From the NCBI GenBank assembly GCA_963790655.1, contig CAWBPT010000037.1:642-64641 (forward strand): a stretch of 64,000 nucleotides of DNA. The letters run 5' to 3'. The translations under genes and the position numbers were made by a program. This document shows positions 38,937 to 49,493 of this stretch, piece after piece (position 1 is the first letter of the stretch; each line of letters opens with the position of its first letter). The notes under the pieces are model-generated. The model was not told the DNA's origin and searched no databases. It saw only the letters and a list, made by a program, of their open reading frames with translations. This stretch comes from an uncultured delta proteobacterium (GTDB lineage: Bacteria > Desulfobacterota > Desulfobaccia > Desulfobaccales > 0-14-0-80-60-11).

Positions 38937-39671
38937 TTATATTTTCTTTAATACGATGGCCGTCTGGCCCACCAGAAAAGGAAGACACTTTTGTATAGCA
39001 AGATATAAGCAAGGAAACCTCTTGGATACAAACCTGCCAACCGGCGGTATAATCATACCTTTATTATAACTATAAATAATGGTTTTCGTTCCTACTCCAA
39101 ACAGAGCGCAAATCCTTTTCTTGCTCAGAGCCATATAATTATCCCATGGACTTGAATACCTCCAATCGGCAAGGATGATGTACCCATTATCATTAACTAC
39201 TCTTAAGATTTCTTTCGCTATCTTATGGGACAGTTTTGGGTCGGTAATCTGCATAAACATTGTTGATTCGGTGACGACATCAAACGAGTTATTGGGGAAT
39301 GCCATACAACTTGCATCTCCACACAAGAAATTTATATTGGGAAACCGTTCTTTGGCCTTGACGACCAATTCATCCATAATATCAATTCCAAACAAGTTCA
39401 CCGGATTAAACTTTAAACGAATGAAATTGATCAGACTCCATCCTTCTCCACAGCCAACGTCAAGTATTTTTGCCGTTTCTCTTTTAATATTAATCAACCG
39501 CAATGCAGAAATAATAGAAATATCATATGCCATATACTGCAATAATACTTCTGGATTATATAATAAATCGTTACGGTAGGCTCCCTTACGTTCCCAATAT
39601 TCTTGATAGAAACTTATTGCCTCTTCTCGGGTGTTTTGGCCTGTTAACATACCACCAACCTCATAATTCAT
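38937..39671 (-). CDS. Class I SAM-dependent methyltransferase in an AT-rich insert
   Basis: Motif I ILDVGCGEGW. Codon usage is visibly AT-biased compared with the neighbouring genes. Confidence 0.75.
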   Translation of the reverse strand: MNYEVGGMLTGQNTREEAISFYQEYWERKGAYRNDLLYNPEVLLQYMAYDISIISALRLINIKRETAKILDVGCGEGWSLINFIRLKFNPVNLFGIDIMDELVVKAKERFPNINFLCGDASCMAFPNNSFDVVTESTMFMQITDPKLSHKIAKEILRVVNDNGYIILADWRYSSPWDNYMALSKKRICALFGVGTKTIIYSYNKGMIIPPVGRFVSKRFPCLYLAIQKCLPFLVGQTAIVLKKI

Positions 39672-39785
39672 TCACAAAAGATACTGTCATGATTGATGTG
39701 TGAGTTATTTATTTAATTGCTCAAAAGGCAAGTATCTTTGGGCAACTATTTCCTGGTTGGTTGCTTAATATCTCCAAGTTTAAAA

Positions 39786-40843
39786 TTAACTGGGATGCCA
39801 GACCTTGGAAAGAGCTGCCAAAACCTCTGGGACGGTGGTTTTCTCCAGGCAGGCGGCGGGTTCCGGAAGGCAGATCTCCTTGCCGCAATTAGCGCAGGGA
39901 ACTTCATTTCTCAGAACCACGTGGTTGTTCCCGAAAGGAAACCAGAGCCGGGGACGCTCCCGGGAAGAGAACAGGGCCACGCACGGCACTCCCATGATGG
40001 CCGCCAGGTGCATGCTGCCCGTGTCGTTGCCGCAATAAACCCGGCAGCGCCCCAGGATGGCCGCGGTCTGGGCCAGGGTGGCGCCGCAGCCGGAGAAGCC
40101 GTATCCGGGCCACTCCTGGACCACGGCCTCCGCCAGGGGAGCTTCCTCCGGGCCGCCCACCACGACCAGAGCGGCGCCGGTCTGCCCGTGCCAGTATTGC
40201 CCTACCCGGATAAACCGCTCCAGAGGCCAGCGTTTGGCCGGCATCTTGCTGCCCGGGCACATGGCCAGGACCGGTCTGCCGTTAAGGCCCCATTCACGCC
40301 AGCGCGCCTCGGCCCAGGCGTCCTCCCGGCGGATGGCGCAGCGCGCCGGCGCCTGCACCGGCAGGCCGGAAGATTGCACCACCTTGAGGAGCCGCTCCGA
40401 CTCCTTGGGCAGCGGGGGCTGTTCCCGCCGCCGCTCCCCGGCCCATTGCCAGGCGTGGCGGAATCCGTAGATCCGGCGAAACCCCAAGGATTTGAAGCAG
40501 AGCCAGTCTCTCAGCACCTGGGGTCTGGTGGCTGCAGCATAAGTGAGGTAAAACAGCGAGTCGTGGCGGCACTTCCCCAATTGTCTCTTCAGATCCAACC
40601 ACTTGACGGGGATGGAATCCTCTAGGCAATAGGTAACCACTCCGTCAATAAAGGGGCTGAGACGGACCACGTCTTGTCCCGGCACGAAGGAGCCGCGGCG
40701 GAAGCGGTTGGTTAAGTAGATGATGGACTTGGAGGGGAGCAGACGTCGCAAGCCCTCGATGACCGGGAAGGCCACCAGGGTGTCGCCGAACTGGCCGGGA
40801 CGGAAGAGGACGATTCTTCCCGGGAATCCCGTGATCTCTCCAT
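39786..40843 (-). pseudogene. GT9-family (heptosyltransferase-like) glycosyltransferase with an apparent frame shift right after the start codon
   Basis: The C-terminal GNDTGSMHLAA..G.P.V.LF is typical of GT9. The ORF track starts at GTG 40775, yet the same frame upstream encodes GRIVLFRPGQFGDTL, the conserved GT9 N-terminal strand and GD loop, with no in-frame start codon. The only ATG (40843) is one base out of frame. Confidence 0.55.
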
Positions 40844-40884
40844 GGCTGCTACCGCGTTGCCTTCAAAAAGGTAAATTCAGGAAG

Positions 40885-40904
40885 GGGCGTGATTTATCAC
40901 GCCC
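40885..40904. repeat. GC-rich hairpin (family C): gggcgtgat-tt-atcacgccc
   Basis: Perfect 9-bp stem in the gap between the Wzy-like gene and the GT9 gene. Confidence 0.65.
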
Positions 40905-40982
40905 GCCCATAATTTTGGGGTCCGGGGGCCATGAATTGCGCCCCTAGGCCTCCGATGCCGAGACCTTTGAGCGCAGCTCGAT

Positions 40983-42419
40983 CTAAGATAAGGCCGGAAC
41001 CGGAGATTGCTGCCCCGGGGCCGCCGCCGTACGGCTGCCCCTTTTAGCCAGGCGAAAGATTAACGCCACCATCACCATGACCAGCAGCATCCGCAGACCT
41101 TCGCAAAACCGCCGGGTAAAGGTATCAGAGGCAAAGATGAAGGTTTCCGCCAGAATCGGATAGAGGCAGACCATGGCGGGACCCAGTCCCTGTCGGCGCC
41201 TCGTAAAGTTCTCACATAAACGGCAGAGCCCCAGGGAGACCAGGCCCCCCAGAAAGACCGCGGTGAACCCGTAGTTCAGATAGAATTCGGCAATGGTTCC
41301 CGAGGGGCTGACCCCCAGGTCGTCGGTCATTACCCGGGTGGTGATATGGTGGAGTTCCTCCAGATCCGGTTTGTCGGGCCAGAAATAACGGGGGATATAG
41401 GCATAGAGGATGTGTCTGAAGGTCTCCCCCCGGGAGTAAGGAATCACCAAAGGAACGCTCTCCATTACGGCCGAGGCCGAGCGGGCGTCATACAGGCGAT
41501 ACATGGCATCATCCAGGATGCGCCACACCGGATTGCTTGCCAAAGAACTTTCCCTCTCATTCCGATAGTCCTCCTGGAGAAGGCCCTTGGAGGCCTCCAG
41601 TAAGACTTCCGCCACCTGGGCGGGGTCCAGAAACTGTCGGCTTGAGGTCACATTCAGGTAAACCAGATCAGGGGTCTTGCCCATTACGGTGAGGACCAGG
41701 GCTAAACTCACCCCCAGGAGGACCCATTGCCGCATTTTCAGCTGCCAGCCCAGAATCGTGCCAAACACCGCCGACCTTAAGAAAAACAGGATGATCTCAT
41801 AGCGGTGCAGGGTGCAGACCATCATCAAGCCGTCCAGCCCCCAAAAGGCCAGGCCCGTCAGGCGCTGCCCCCGGGTACCGAAGGCCGCCAGGGCAAAATA
41901 GCATACCGGGTAATAGTAGTGGAAATTCAGGATAATCAGGCCCAACTCCTCGGAGCCGAGGAAGGCGATATCCGCACCTGCCAGGCGCGATTGCCACCCC
42001 TGGGTCAGCAGATAGGCGCGCCAGCCCATGCCAAAGACCAGAGGGGGAAGGAAGGTCCAGAGGAAGACGCCGAAATCCCCAGGCCGGGCTGAGAGTTTCA
42101 GGGGTTCCGGCTTCCGGGCCCCCCTTCCTACCAGTTCCCTGGCCAGAAACGGCAACCCCAGAACCCCTGCCCCCAGCAACACCAGGGGCAGACCCTCGAA
42201 ATAGGGGGGCACGTAATAGTCCCAGGGCCGGAATTGCCAGTAAACCGAAGGGATGACATAGAGAAGCAGGATCCCCGCGGCAAACAGGCCGGTGGGGGAA
42301 GCCCACCGCAACGGATCGGAAGCGTGGCGATGCCAGACAAAGGCCCAGAGGGCCAGGGAGCTTACTCCGGTCAGCAGGATCTCACGCGGCATCGTCCCCC
42401 CTCCACTTTTCCCTCTCAT
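40983..42419 (-). CDS. Polytopic membrane protein, putative O-antigen/EPS polymerase (Wzy-like)
   Basis: About 10-12 hydrophobic segments, no soluble domain, and location within a Wzx/Wzy-type locus. The functional assignment is inference. Confidence 0.5.
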   Translation of the reverse strand: MRGKSGGGTMPREILLTGVSSLALWAFVWHRHASDPLRWASPTGLFAAGILLLYVIPSVYWQFRPWDYYVPPYFEGLPLVLLGAGVLGLPFLARELVGRGARKPEPLKLSARPGDFGVFLWTFLPPLVFGMGWRAYLLTQGWQSRLAGADIAFLGSEELGLIILNFHYYYPVCYFALAAFGTRGQRLTGLAFWGLDGLMMVCTLHRYEIILFFLRSAVFGTILGWQLKMRQWVLLGVSLALVLTVMGKTPDLVYLNVTSSRQFLDPAQVAEVLLEASKGLLQEDYRNERESSLASNPVWRILDDAMYRLYDARSASAVMESVPLVIPYSRGETFRHILYAYIPRYFWPDKPDLEELHHITTRVMTDDLGVSPSGTIAEFYLNYGFTAVFLGGLVSLGLCRLCENFTRRRQGLGPAMVCLYPILAETFIFASDTFTRRFCEGLRMLLVMVMVALIFRLAKRGSRTAAAPGQQSPVPALS

Positions 42420-43149
42420 CGCCCGGTCCGGCAGGGGCGGAATCAGGGATTGCCAGTCCCCGGGCCAATAACACCCGGGTAATAACCCGGGGGCCCGGAT
42501 CTCCGCATTCGATGAGGTTATAGAGTCGAATGAGGGCGGCTGCCGGTTGCCACAACAGGTAGCGGCAGCAGGATTTGGCGCTCCAGAGGCCGGGCCCCGC
42601 GGGACGCACCTCCACCCGGGAGAATCCCGCCAACCGGAGAAGTTCTGTGGTGCGGTGGCAGGTGAATCCGGTGCGATGGGTCAGGTCACCGAAAAAAACC
42701 GCCCCGCCCCAGGGAGAATCGAAATTGGGAACCTGGATTATGACCATTCCTCCAGGTAAAAGGGCCTGGCGCACGTCCTGCAGCAAGGAGAGACCCTCTT
42801 CTTTGGCCAGGTGCTCCAGGAGGTCCATGGCCAGAATCAAGTGGTATCGGCGGCTTAGGCCCCTGAGATATCCCCGGGCGTCCCCTTGCTCTACCTTGAG
42901 GCCTTGGGCCCGGCAACAGGAGACGGCTTCGGGCCTGAGATCCAGGCCGGTGAGGCGCCGGTAGCCCCACCGCTTCAGGGCGGCCAACAGGCGCCCTTCG
43001 CCGCAGCCCAGATCCAGGATGGAGGCATCACGATCCTTAGGCAGCCAGCCCCTGAGATACCAGCCATAGGCCTTGGACCAGCCCTGGATGTCCAGGTCCG
43101 GGGGGAGACCCGCCCGATAGTGGCGATAGAAAACGGTGGAATCTGTCAT
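42382..43149 (-). CDS. Class I SAM-dependent methyltransferase
   Basis: Motif I ILDLGCGEGR. Confidence 0.75.
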   Translation of the reverse strand: MTDSTVFYRHYRAGLPPDLDIQGWSKAYGWYLRGWLPKDRDASILDLGCGEGRLLAALKRWGYRRLTGLDLRPEAVSCCRAQGLKVEQGDARGYLRGLSRRYHLILAMDLLEHLAKEEGLSLLQDVRQALLPGGMVIIQVPNFDSPWGGAVFFGDLTHRTGFTCHRTTELLRLAGFSRVEVRPAGPGLWSAKSCCRYLLWQPAAALIRLYNLIECGDPGPRVITRVLLARGLAIPDSAPAGPGDEREKWRGDDAA

Positions 43150-43185
43150 GGGACGACTTTTTTGGATGGCTGAAGAAAAACGGGA

Positions 43186-44448
<1,263 letters not shown>

Positions 44449-44503
44449 TTAACTATGATAATTAAGTATGATCGAGAATCGATATTCCCTTGATCGTAAT
44501 GAA

Positions 44504-45538
44504 TTACATAATATCTGATACCGTACTTACAATTTCTTTTAATCTTGCGGTGGTGCTGTAATTATCTCGCAAACAACGCTCTCTGCCTGCCTCTGCAACT
44601 TTCTTTCTCAGATGATCATTTTTTTGATAAAATCTAACCTTATCAATCAATTCCTCGGCAGATTCAAAAAACTCGGCTTCGTGTCCTTCTTTAAACAACC
44701 CGGACAAATCGCCGCCGCGTTCGGCCAGTAAGAAGCCGCCGCAGGCCGGAATGGCCAGACAGCGAGTATTTAGGGTGTCCAGGTTCTGCTTGTTTAAAAA
44801 ACCCAGGTTAAGGTCAAAGGAGCAAATGGCCCGGGAAAATTGACCTTCCCAAACGCCCTTCCCTTCGATCTTTAAATGGGAAAGTCTATCTTTCCAGGGG
44901 CCCCAACCGTTGCCCCAGACCCGCACCGGCACCCCGCTCTGAGCCAACTCCTGGATGGCGTGCCCCCGTTCTTTCTCAAAGGTGCCGATGAAACCCACGG
45001 GGCCGCCCAGTTGGGCCCGGTCCGCCGGGCTCACCGGCAGGGGCCGGTGAAGCCCAGGGACGTAACCCCAATAAAAGCGCTTGACCCTTGGCGCCCCGGC
45101 TTGGAGGTAATCCCGGACGCTGGCCTCCCGGGGCACGAAACAGTAATCGTATAAAGGAATGCATTGCTTGAACCATCCCCAGCCCCTGGCTTTCAGGCCA
45201 AAGGGGTTGTCAGGATTAAGATTAATGACCGGCGCCCCGGGCAAAAGCTTTTTGATGGCCCGGATGGTCCGGGGGTAAATATTCCAGCCCTTGTCAATCC
45301 AGACCAGATCTATCTTCTCCGTGGCGCAAATCTTTCGGAGCTGCTGATTGACTCCATTAAGGTCCAGGGGATAATTAATCCTGAGGGTGGTGCGGTAAAG
45401 AACCGCTGCGGGGGTTATGCGATTACAATTAATATGATTATTTACCGAGATTATCTGATGCCCCAGCTCGGCCAAAATCCGCCGGCGATGCTCCGCCAAA
45501 GCTCCTGACCCCAACTCTCCCACATAAAGCAGGCGCAT
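44504..45538 (-). CDS. CgeB-like / DUF3880-type glycosyltransferase
   Basis: The C-terminal part (NTRCLAIPACGGFLL.ER..DL..LF..G.E...F.S.EEL..K..) resembles the CgeB family. Its 3' end is AT-rich. Confidence 0.55.
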   Translation of the reverse strand: MRLLYVGELGSGALAEHRRRILAELGHQIISVNNHINCNRITPAAVLYRTTLRINYPLDLNGVNQQLRKICATEKIDLVWIDKGWNIYPRTIRAIKKLLPGAPVINLNPDNPFGLKARGWGWFKQCIPLYDYCFVPREASVRDYLQAGAPRVKRFYWGYVPGLHRPLPVSPADRAQLGGPVGFIGTFEKERGHAIQELAQSGVPVRVWGNGWGPWKDRLSHLKIEGKGVWEGQFSRAICSFDLNLGFLNKQNLDTLNTRCLAIPACGGFLLAERGGDLSGLFKEGHEAEFFESAEELIDKVRFYQKNDHLRKKVAEAGRERCLRDNYSTTARLKEIVSTVSDIM

Positions 45539-45639
45539 TAACGAGGTTCTCCGGCTACCTTAAGGATGTTTTTGTGGGGTTATTCGTGAGAGCAGTTGCA
45601 TGAGCCGTGGGCTCACCCATAAATCCTGAACCTGGCCAG

Positions 45640-45666
45640 GTAGGGGCGGTTTTAAACCGCCCCTAC
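45640..45666. repeat. Perfect palindrome gtaggggcggttt-t-aaaccgcccctac (family C)
   Basis: 13-nt arms that are exact reverse complements, in the intergenic gap 3' of the flippase remnant. Confidence 0.75.
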
Positions 45667-45839
45667 AGCCAGGCGAGACGCCGGTGCCACCAATTTATTG
45701 AGACTTTTCAAAACAGCAGAGTTTCGGCAGGGGGTGGGGTTTTAAGCCGCTCCGGCCCGGCGGATTGGACCTGGGATTAACTTTGGGCCCCAGGTCATAT
45801 TCCGTTACTGGTGACTTTTGGCAGAGGGACCGGTGCCCT

Positions 45840-47386
45840 TCATTGGGAACAAGGGGCCAGGCTATCCAGGGATCGCCGCCGGAGCACGGCCAGGAGCACT
45901 TCTCGAATTTTGTGATCCACGAGGATGGTCCAAAGGAAGGCGCCCGCCAGGTAAGCCGCCGCCTGGGCCACAAAGCCGCCCAGGGATGGGGCCAGGGAGA
46001 GGGACCAAAAAGTCACCCCCAGGCCCGCCAGGCCCGCGATCAAGAAGGCCATGGACCCCAGGCTCCGCCCCATTTCCGGGAAGGTAACCGGAAAATCCCG
46101 CTGGTACTGAAGCGCCAGCAGCCACCAGCCGGTGCACGCCAGGCTCAAGACCCCGGCCAGGGCCGCTCCGGGCAAGCCCCACCACCGGCTAAACATGATG
46201 ACCAGGATGAGCCGCAGCAGCGCCTCCAGGCCGTTGGCCAGGGCCGCGAGCTGAAGTCGCCCCCGGGCAAAAACCACGTTATAAAAGGCCAGTGACTGGA
46301 CATAGAGAAGACCATACAACCCGATGAGCCCCACCACCAAATCACCGGCGTAGAACTGGGAACCTACCCAAAGCCCCATAAACGTCTGGTTCAGAATCAC
46401 GTACCCCCCCATCAGGACCAAACCCAGGGCCACGGTGACGTGAATCAACAAGTCGGTGATCCGGCGGGCCCGGGCAACCTGCTCCTTGACTTCCCCGAAA
46501 AGGTGGGCCAGGGCCGGCATGAAGGCCCCTACGAAATGGCCCGCCAGCATGGAAAGGGCGTCAAAAGCCCGCTTGGTCAAGGCGAAGATCAACACGGCCC
46601 GGGCATCCATGACCATGCCGATGAGCAGGTTGTCCGACTGCCTGACCAGGGTGGCGCCGCCCCGGGATAAAAAGAGCAACCCCGCGGGCTTCAGCAGTTC
46701 GGAAACCGTGCGCCACTCCACCCGCAAAGGGCCCCGGCCGAAGGCCTCCCCTTTAAGAGAAAACGGAAAGCCAGCACTTCGCCCAGCAAGGCCAGGGTTG
46801 CCTGCACGAGAGCCCCCAAGGGCAAGGCCAGCAGACCATAACCCGCAAACAGGAACGCCAGAGTCCCCAAGATGCCGCTGAGCGAGCTGCCCACCATGAG
46901 CAGCCCGTGCAGCAACTGTTTTTGAAAAGCCACCAGCACCCTCCCACGGTATAAACGCCCAGCATCAGCGACGTGGCGATTCCGGCAATCACGAAAGCCA
47001 CGCTCAAGGTCCGGGCCTCTCCGGAGGGCACCGGGATGATCCGCTGTAGCTGGCTGGCCAGGCTTAAGCTGATCAAGGTGGGAAGCAGCGCCAGGCCGAA
47101 GCCCACCCACAGGCCGCTGCCCAGATAACGGCGCAGCCGGGAAAGGTCCCGGGCTCCGTGGGCCTCCGCCACCTTCTGGATAATCACGCTGTTCAAACCG
47201 AAGTCAAAAAGGCCCAGGTAGAGATAATGCTGCCGGTGGACAGCCAGGCGCCGTAAAGCAGCTCCCCGGTGAACTTGAGATATAGAGGCACCAGCAGGAC
47301 GCCTGGACCATGCTGAGTCCGATCAAGGCGTAGCTCGAGGCTGCCAGGGCCACGGTTCCTTGTCGCCGGGAAACTTGAGGTCTCAT
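45840..47386 (-). pseudogene. wzx: Wzx/MOP-family polysaccharide flippase broken into five reading-frame segments
   Basis: Consecutive minus-strand ORFs 47386>, 47537>47193, 47196>46753, 47110>46691 and 46727>45840 carry the colinear pieces MRPQVSRRQGTVALAASSYALIGLSMVQ / GVLLVPLYLKFTGELLYGAWLSTGSIIS / LGLFDFGLNSVIIQKVAEAHG...LMLGVY / VLVAFQKQLLHGLLMVG...AFRFLLKG / EAFGRGPLRVEWRTVSELLKPAG...end. The junctions lie near 47301, 47219, 46940 and 46750. Each is a one-base shift in the same direction. Confidence 0.75.
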
Positions 47387-48192
47387 AGGGGCTCTTGGTC
47401 GCCTGACCGGCCCTGGCCCAGGTAGCGGCTGGAGACGGGCCGGCGAAACTCGTAAATCCCCAAAGCATAATCCGAGCCCGCCAGGGTCTGGGGTAGGACA
47501 TCTTCGGAGAAGACCCCTGCGTCATTAATCCCGGCAAATTTGGTTAGGCGGAGTTCGGGGAGCCGGTCGATGACGAATTCCGGCGAGAACACCCGGTGGG
47601 AATTGAAGCAGACCCGGGGTCGCCCCACGGGGACGCTGAGATAGAGCACCCCACCGGGCGCCAGGATTCGCTTAAGTCCGCCAGGGCCTTCTCGGGTCCC
47701 CAGGGGTCCAAGGGGGTCCCCATACCGTCCCAGACCCACGTGTTCCACCACGTGCAAGGAAGAGACGGAAGCCACACTGCCGTCAGGGTAAGGCAAGGCA
47801 TAGAGCGTTCCCTGCCGGTGGTGGAGATTGGGCACCTCGATCTCCAAAGGGCGCAGGTCCACAAATTCCACCGGCAACGCCAGGCTGAGTTGGGCCGCGA
47901 ATCCATCCACCCGGGACCCCACGTCCACGTGTAACTGGGGCCGGTCGGCCATTATTCTCCGGGCCACATAAAGATCCTGGGGGAAATAATGGGGGTCCAG
48001 CCTGGCCGCGACATCCCGGCGGTCTTTCAGGGCCGGATAAATCTCGGCCAGGGGCACCTTCTCCTGGCTGGCCCGCTGATAAAGGACTATCTGGGCCAGA
48101 AAGCGGGGCGTTTCCGCCAATGACACCATAAGACCCTTCACATCCAGGAAAGGGCGAAGCAGGCGGTTCAGGTAGCGCAATCCGGGATACAT
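47383..48192 (-). CDS. SAM-dependent methyltransferase-like protein (DUF268-like)
   Basis: VDVGSRVDG..., SLHVVEHVGLGRYGD and LAPGGVLYLSVP. The stop overlaps the flippase ATG as ATGA. Confidence 0.55.
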   Translation of the reverse strand: MYPGLRYLNRLLRPFLDVKGLMVSLAETPRFLAQIVLYQRASQEKVPLAEIYPALKDRRDVAARLDPHYFPQDLYVARRIMADRPQLHVDVGSRVDGFAAQLSLALPVEFVDLRPLEIEVPNLHHRQGTLYALPYPDGSVASVSSLHVVEHVGLGRYGDPLGPLGTREGPGGLKRILAPGGVLYLSVPVGRPRVCFNSHRVFSPEFVIDRLPELRLTKFAGINDAGVFSEDVLPQTLAGSDYALGIYEFRRPVSSRYLGQGRSGDQEPL

Positions 48193-48261
48193 GACTGAAG
48201 TGGTATGCAGATTTAAATATTGGTTTCAGGGTGAGGTTGTTGCCCTCGGATTTGCAAGCCC

Positions 48262-49350
48262 TCAGGGGAGAAAGCCGATGACCCTCAGCAACTGCCTGAT
48301 CCGGACCTCCCAGGTATGGTCTTTCAGGGCCCGGGCCCGGGCTTGCCGGCGGGCCCGGGCGCATAACTTTTCATCCGCCAGCAGCCGCTTGATTTGGGCC
48401 AGACACTCCCGGGGGTTCCGGAAGGTGAAAATTTCCCGGTCCAGCTCAAAATAATTTTGGAGATGGACGTTGTGAGTGCCGAGCATCAGGCCCCCGCACA
48501 TGGGCACTTCAAAATCCCGGAGCTTACCGCACTGGTAATGGGTGTAGCCGATGTCGTCGAAGTTGAGATTAAGGCGGGAGGCGCAGTAGATTTCCTGGAA
48601 CTTATCCGGCGGCACGTAGCCCCCGGGCCAGCCCCGACCGAAGGCGGCCACTTCCACCCCCCGGCGCTTGAGGTAGTGAATGGTGGAAATCCGGTTGCCG
48701 TAAGCCGTGCCCACAAAAGAGACGTCATAGCGGAAAGGCACGTCCCGGGGATAACAAAGCTCGGGATTGGCGGCCAGGGGCCAGAGCAGGGGGATTCCCC
48801 CCTCCACCCGGTACTTCACCAGGGACTCGGGAGCCTGGGTCAGGTTTAAATCATAAGCCTGGGCCACCGCCGCGGGCCCCCGAAACCTTCCTCCCAGCCG
48901 CTCGCCCCGGAAAAAGAGCCGGTCATCCAGATGAAAGGCCGCGGAGACGATCCCCAAGTCATTGATCCGGTGAATGGTCTCCGGACCGACCTGGTGGCCC
49001 GAGTAGTAGGTCAGAACCAGATCTACGGGGCGGTGCCGGTGGGCCTGGGTCACAAAATCCACGAAATCCGCGTTAACCCGGTCCCGGACCTGTAACCAGT
49101 CCCGGTGGGACAGGTCCTTGACGCCCTGGGGCAGCAGGTAAGTGGATGCCTGGCCGAAGTGCGCCAGGGCCGGCGCAATATTATACACGTCCCACTGGCC
49201 GGCCCGGGAGGCATAGACTACATGAAGTTCCCCCGGGGCCCGGGGTTGGGGGCTGACCCCCCGCGCCCCCAGGCGCCGGCGCAGGCGCCGCTGCACCTCC
49301 TTAAGGTCCCAGTCCCGGGACAGGCCCAGTTTGCCGCGCCCGGGCCTCAT
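48262..49350 (-). CDS. CgeB-like glycosyltransferase
   Basis: The C-terminal FEVPMCGGLMLG...F....E...F....E resembles the CgeB family. The start is uncertain: the ORF track extends to 49497 through a Pro/Ser/Gly/Arg-rich stretch that looks non-coding. Confidence 0.55.
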   Translation of the reverse strand: MRPGRGKLGLSRDWDLKEVQRRLRRRLGARGVSPQPRAPGELHVVYASRAGQWDVYNIAPALAHFGQASTYLLPQGVKDLSHRDWLQVRDRVNADFVDFVTQAHRHRPVDLVLTYYSGHQVGPETIHRINDLGIVSAAFHLDDRLFFRGERLGGRFRGPAAVAQAYDLNLTQAPESLVKYRVEGGIPLLWPLAANPELCYPRDVPFRYDVSFVGTAYGNRISTIHYLKRRGVEVAAFGRGWPGGYVPPDKFQEIYCASRLNLNFDDIGYTHYQCGKLRDFEVPMCGGLMLGTHNVHLQNYFELDREIFTFRNPRECLAQIKRLLADEKLCARARRQARARALKDHTWEVRIRQLLRVIGFLP

Positions 49351-49493
49351 ATTCCGCCTGTTCGAACTCGATCTGCCGGCTCTGTTCCCAACCCCGGTAT
49401 TTGCCGTTGGCCTGGTAGAAGAGGGGTACCCGTTTGCAGGCGGACTTGAGGGCCCCCACCCAGGAGGCCCTGCCTGCAGCTCCGGGGGGCGCC

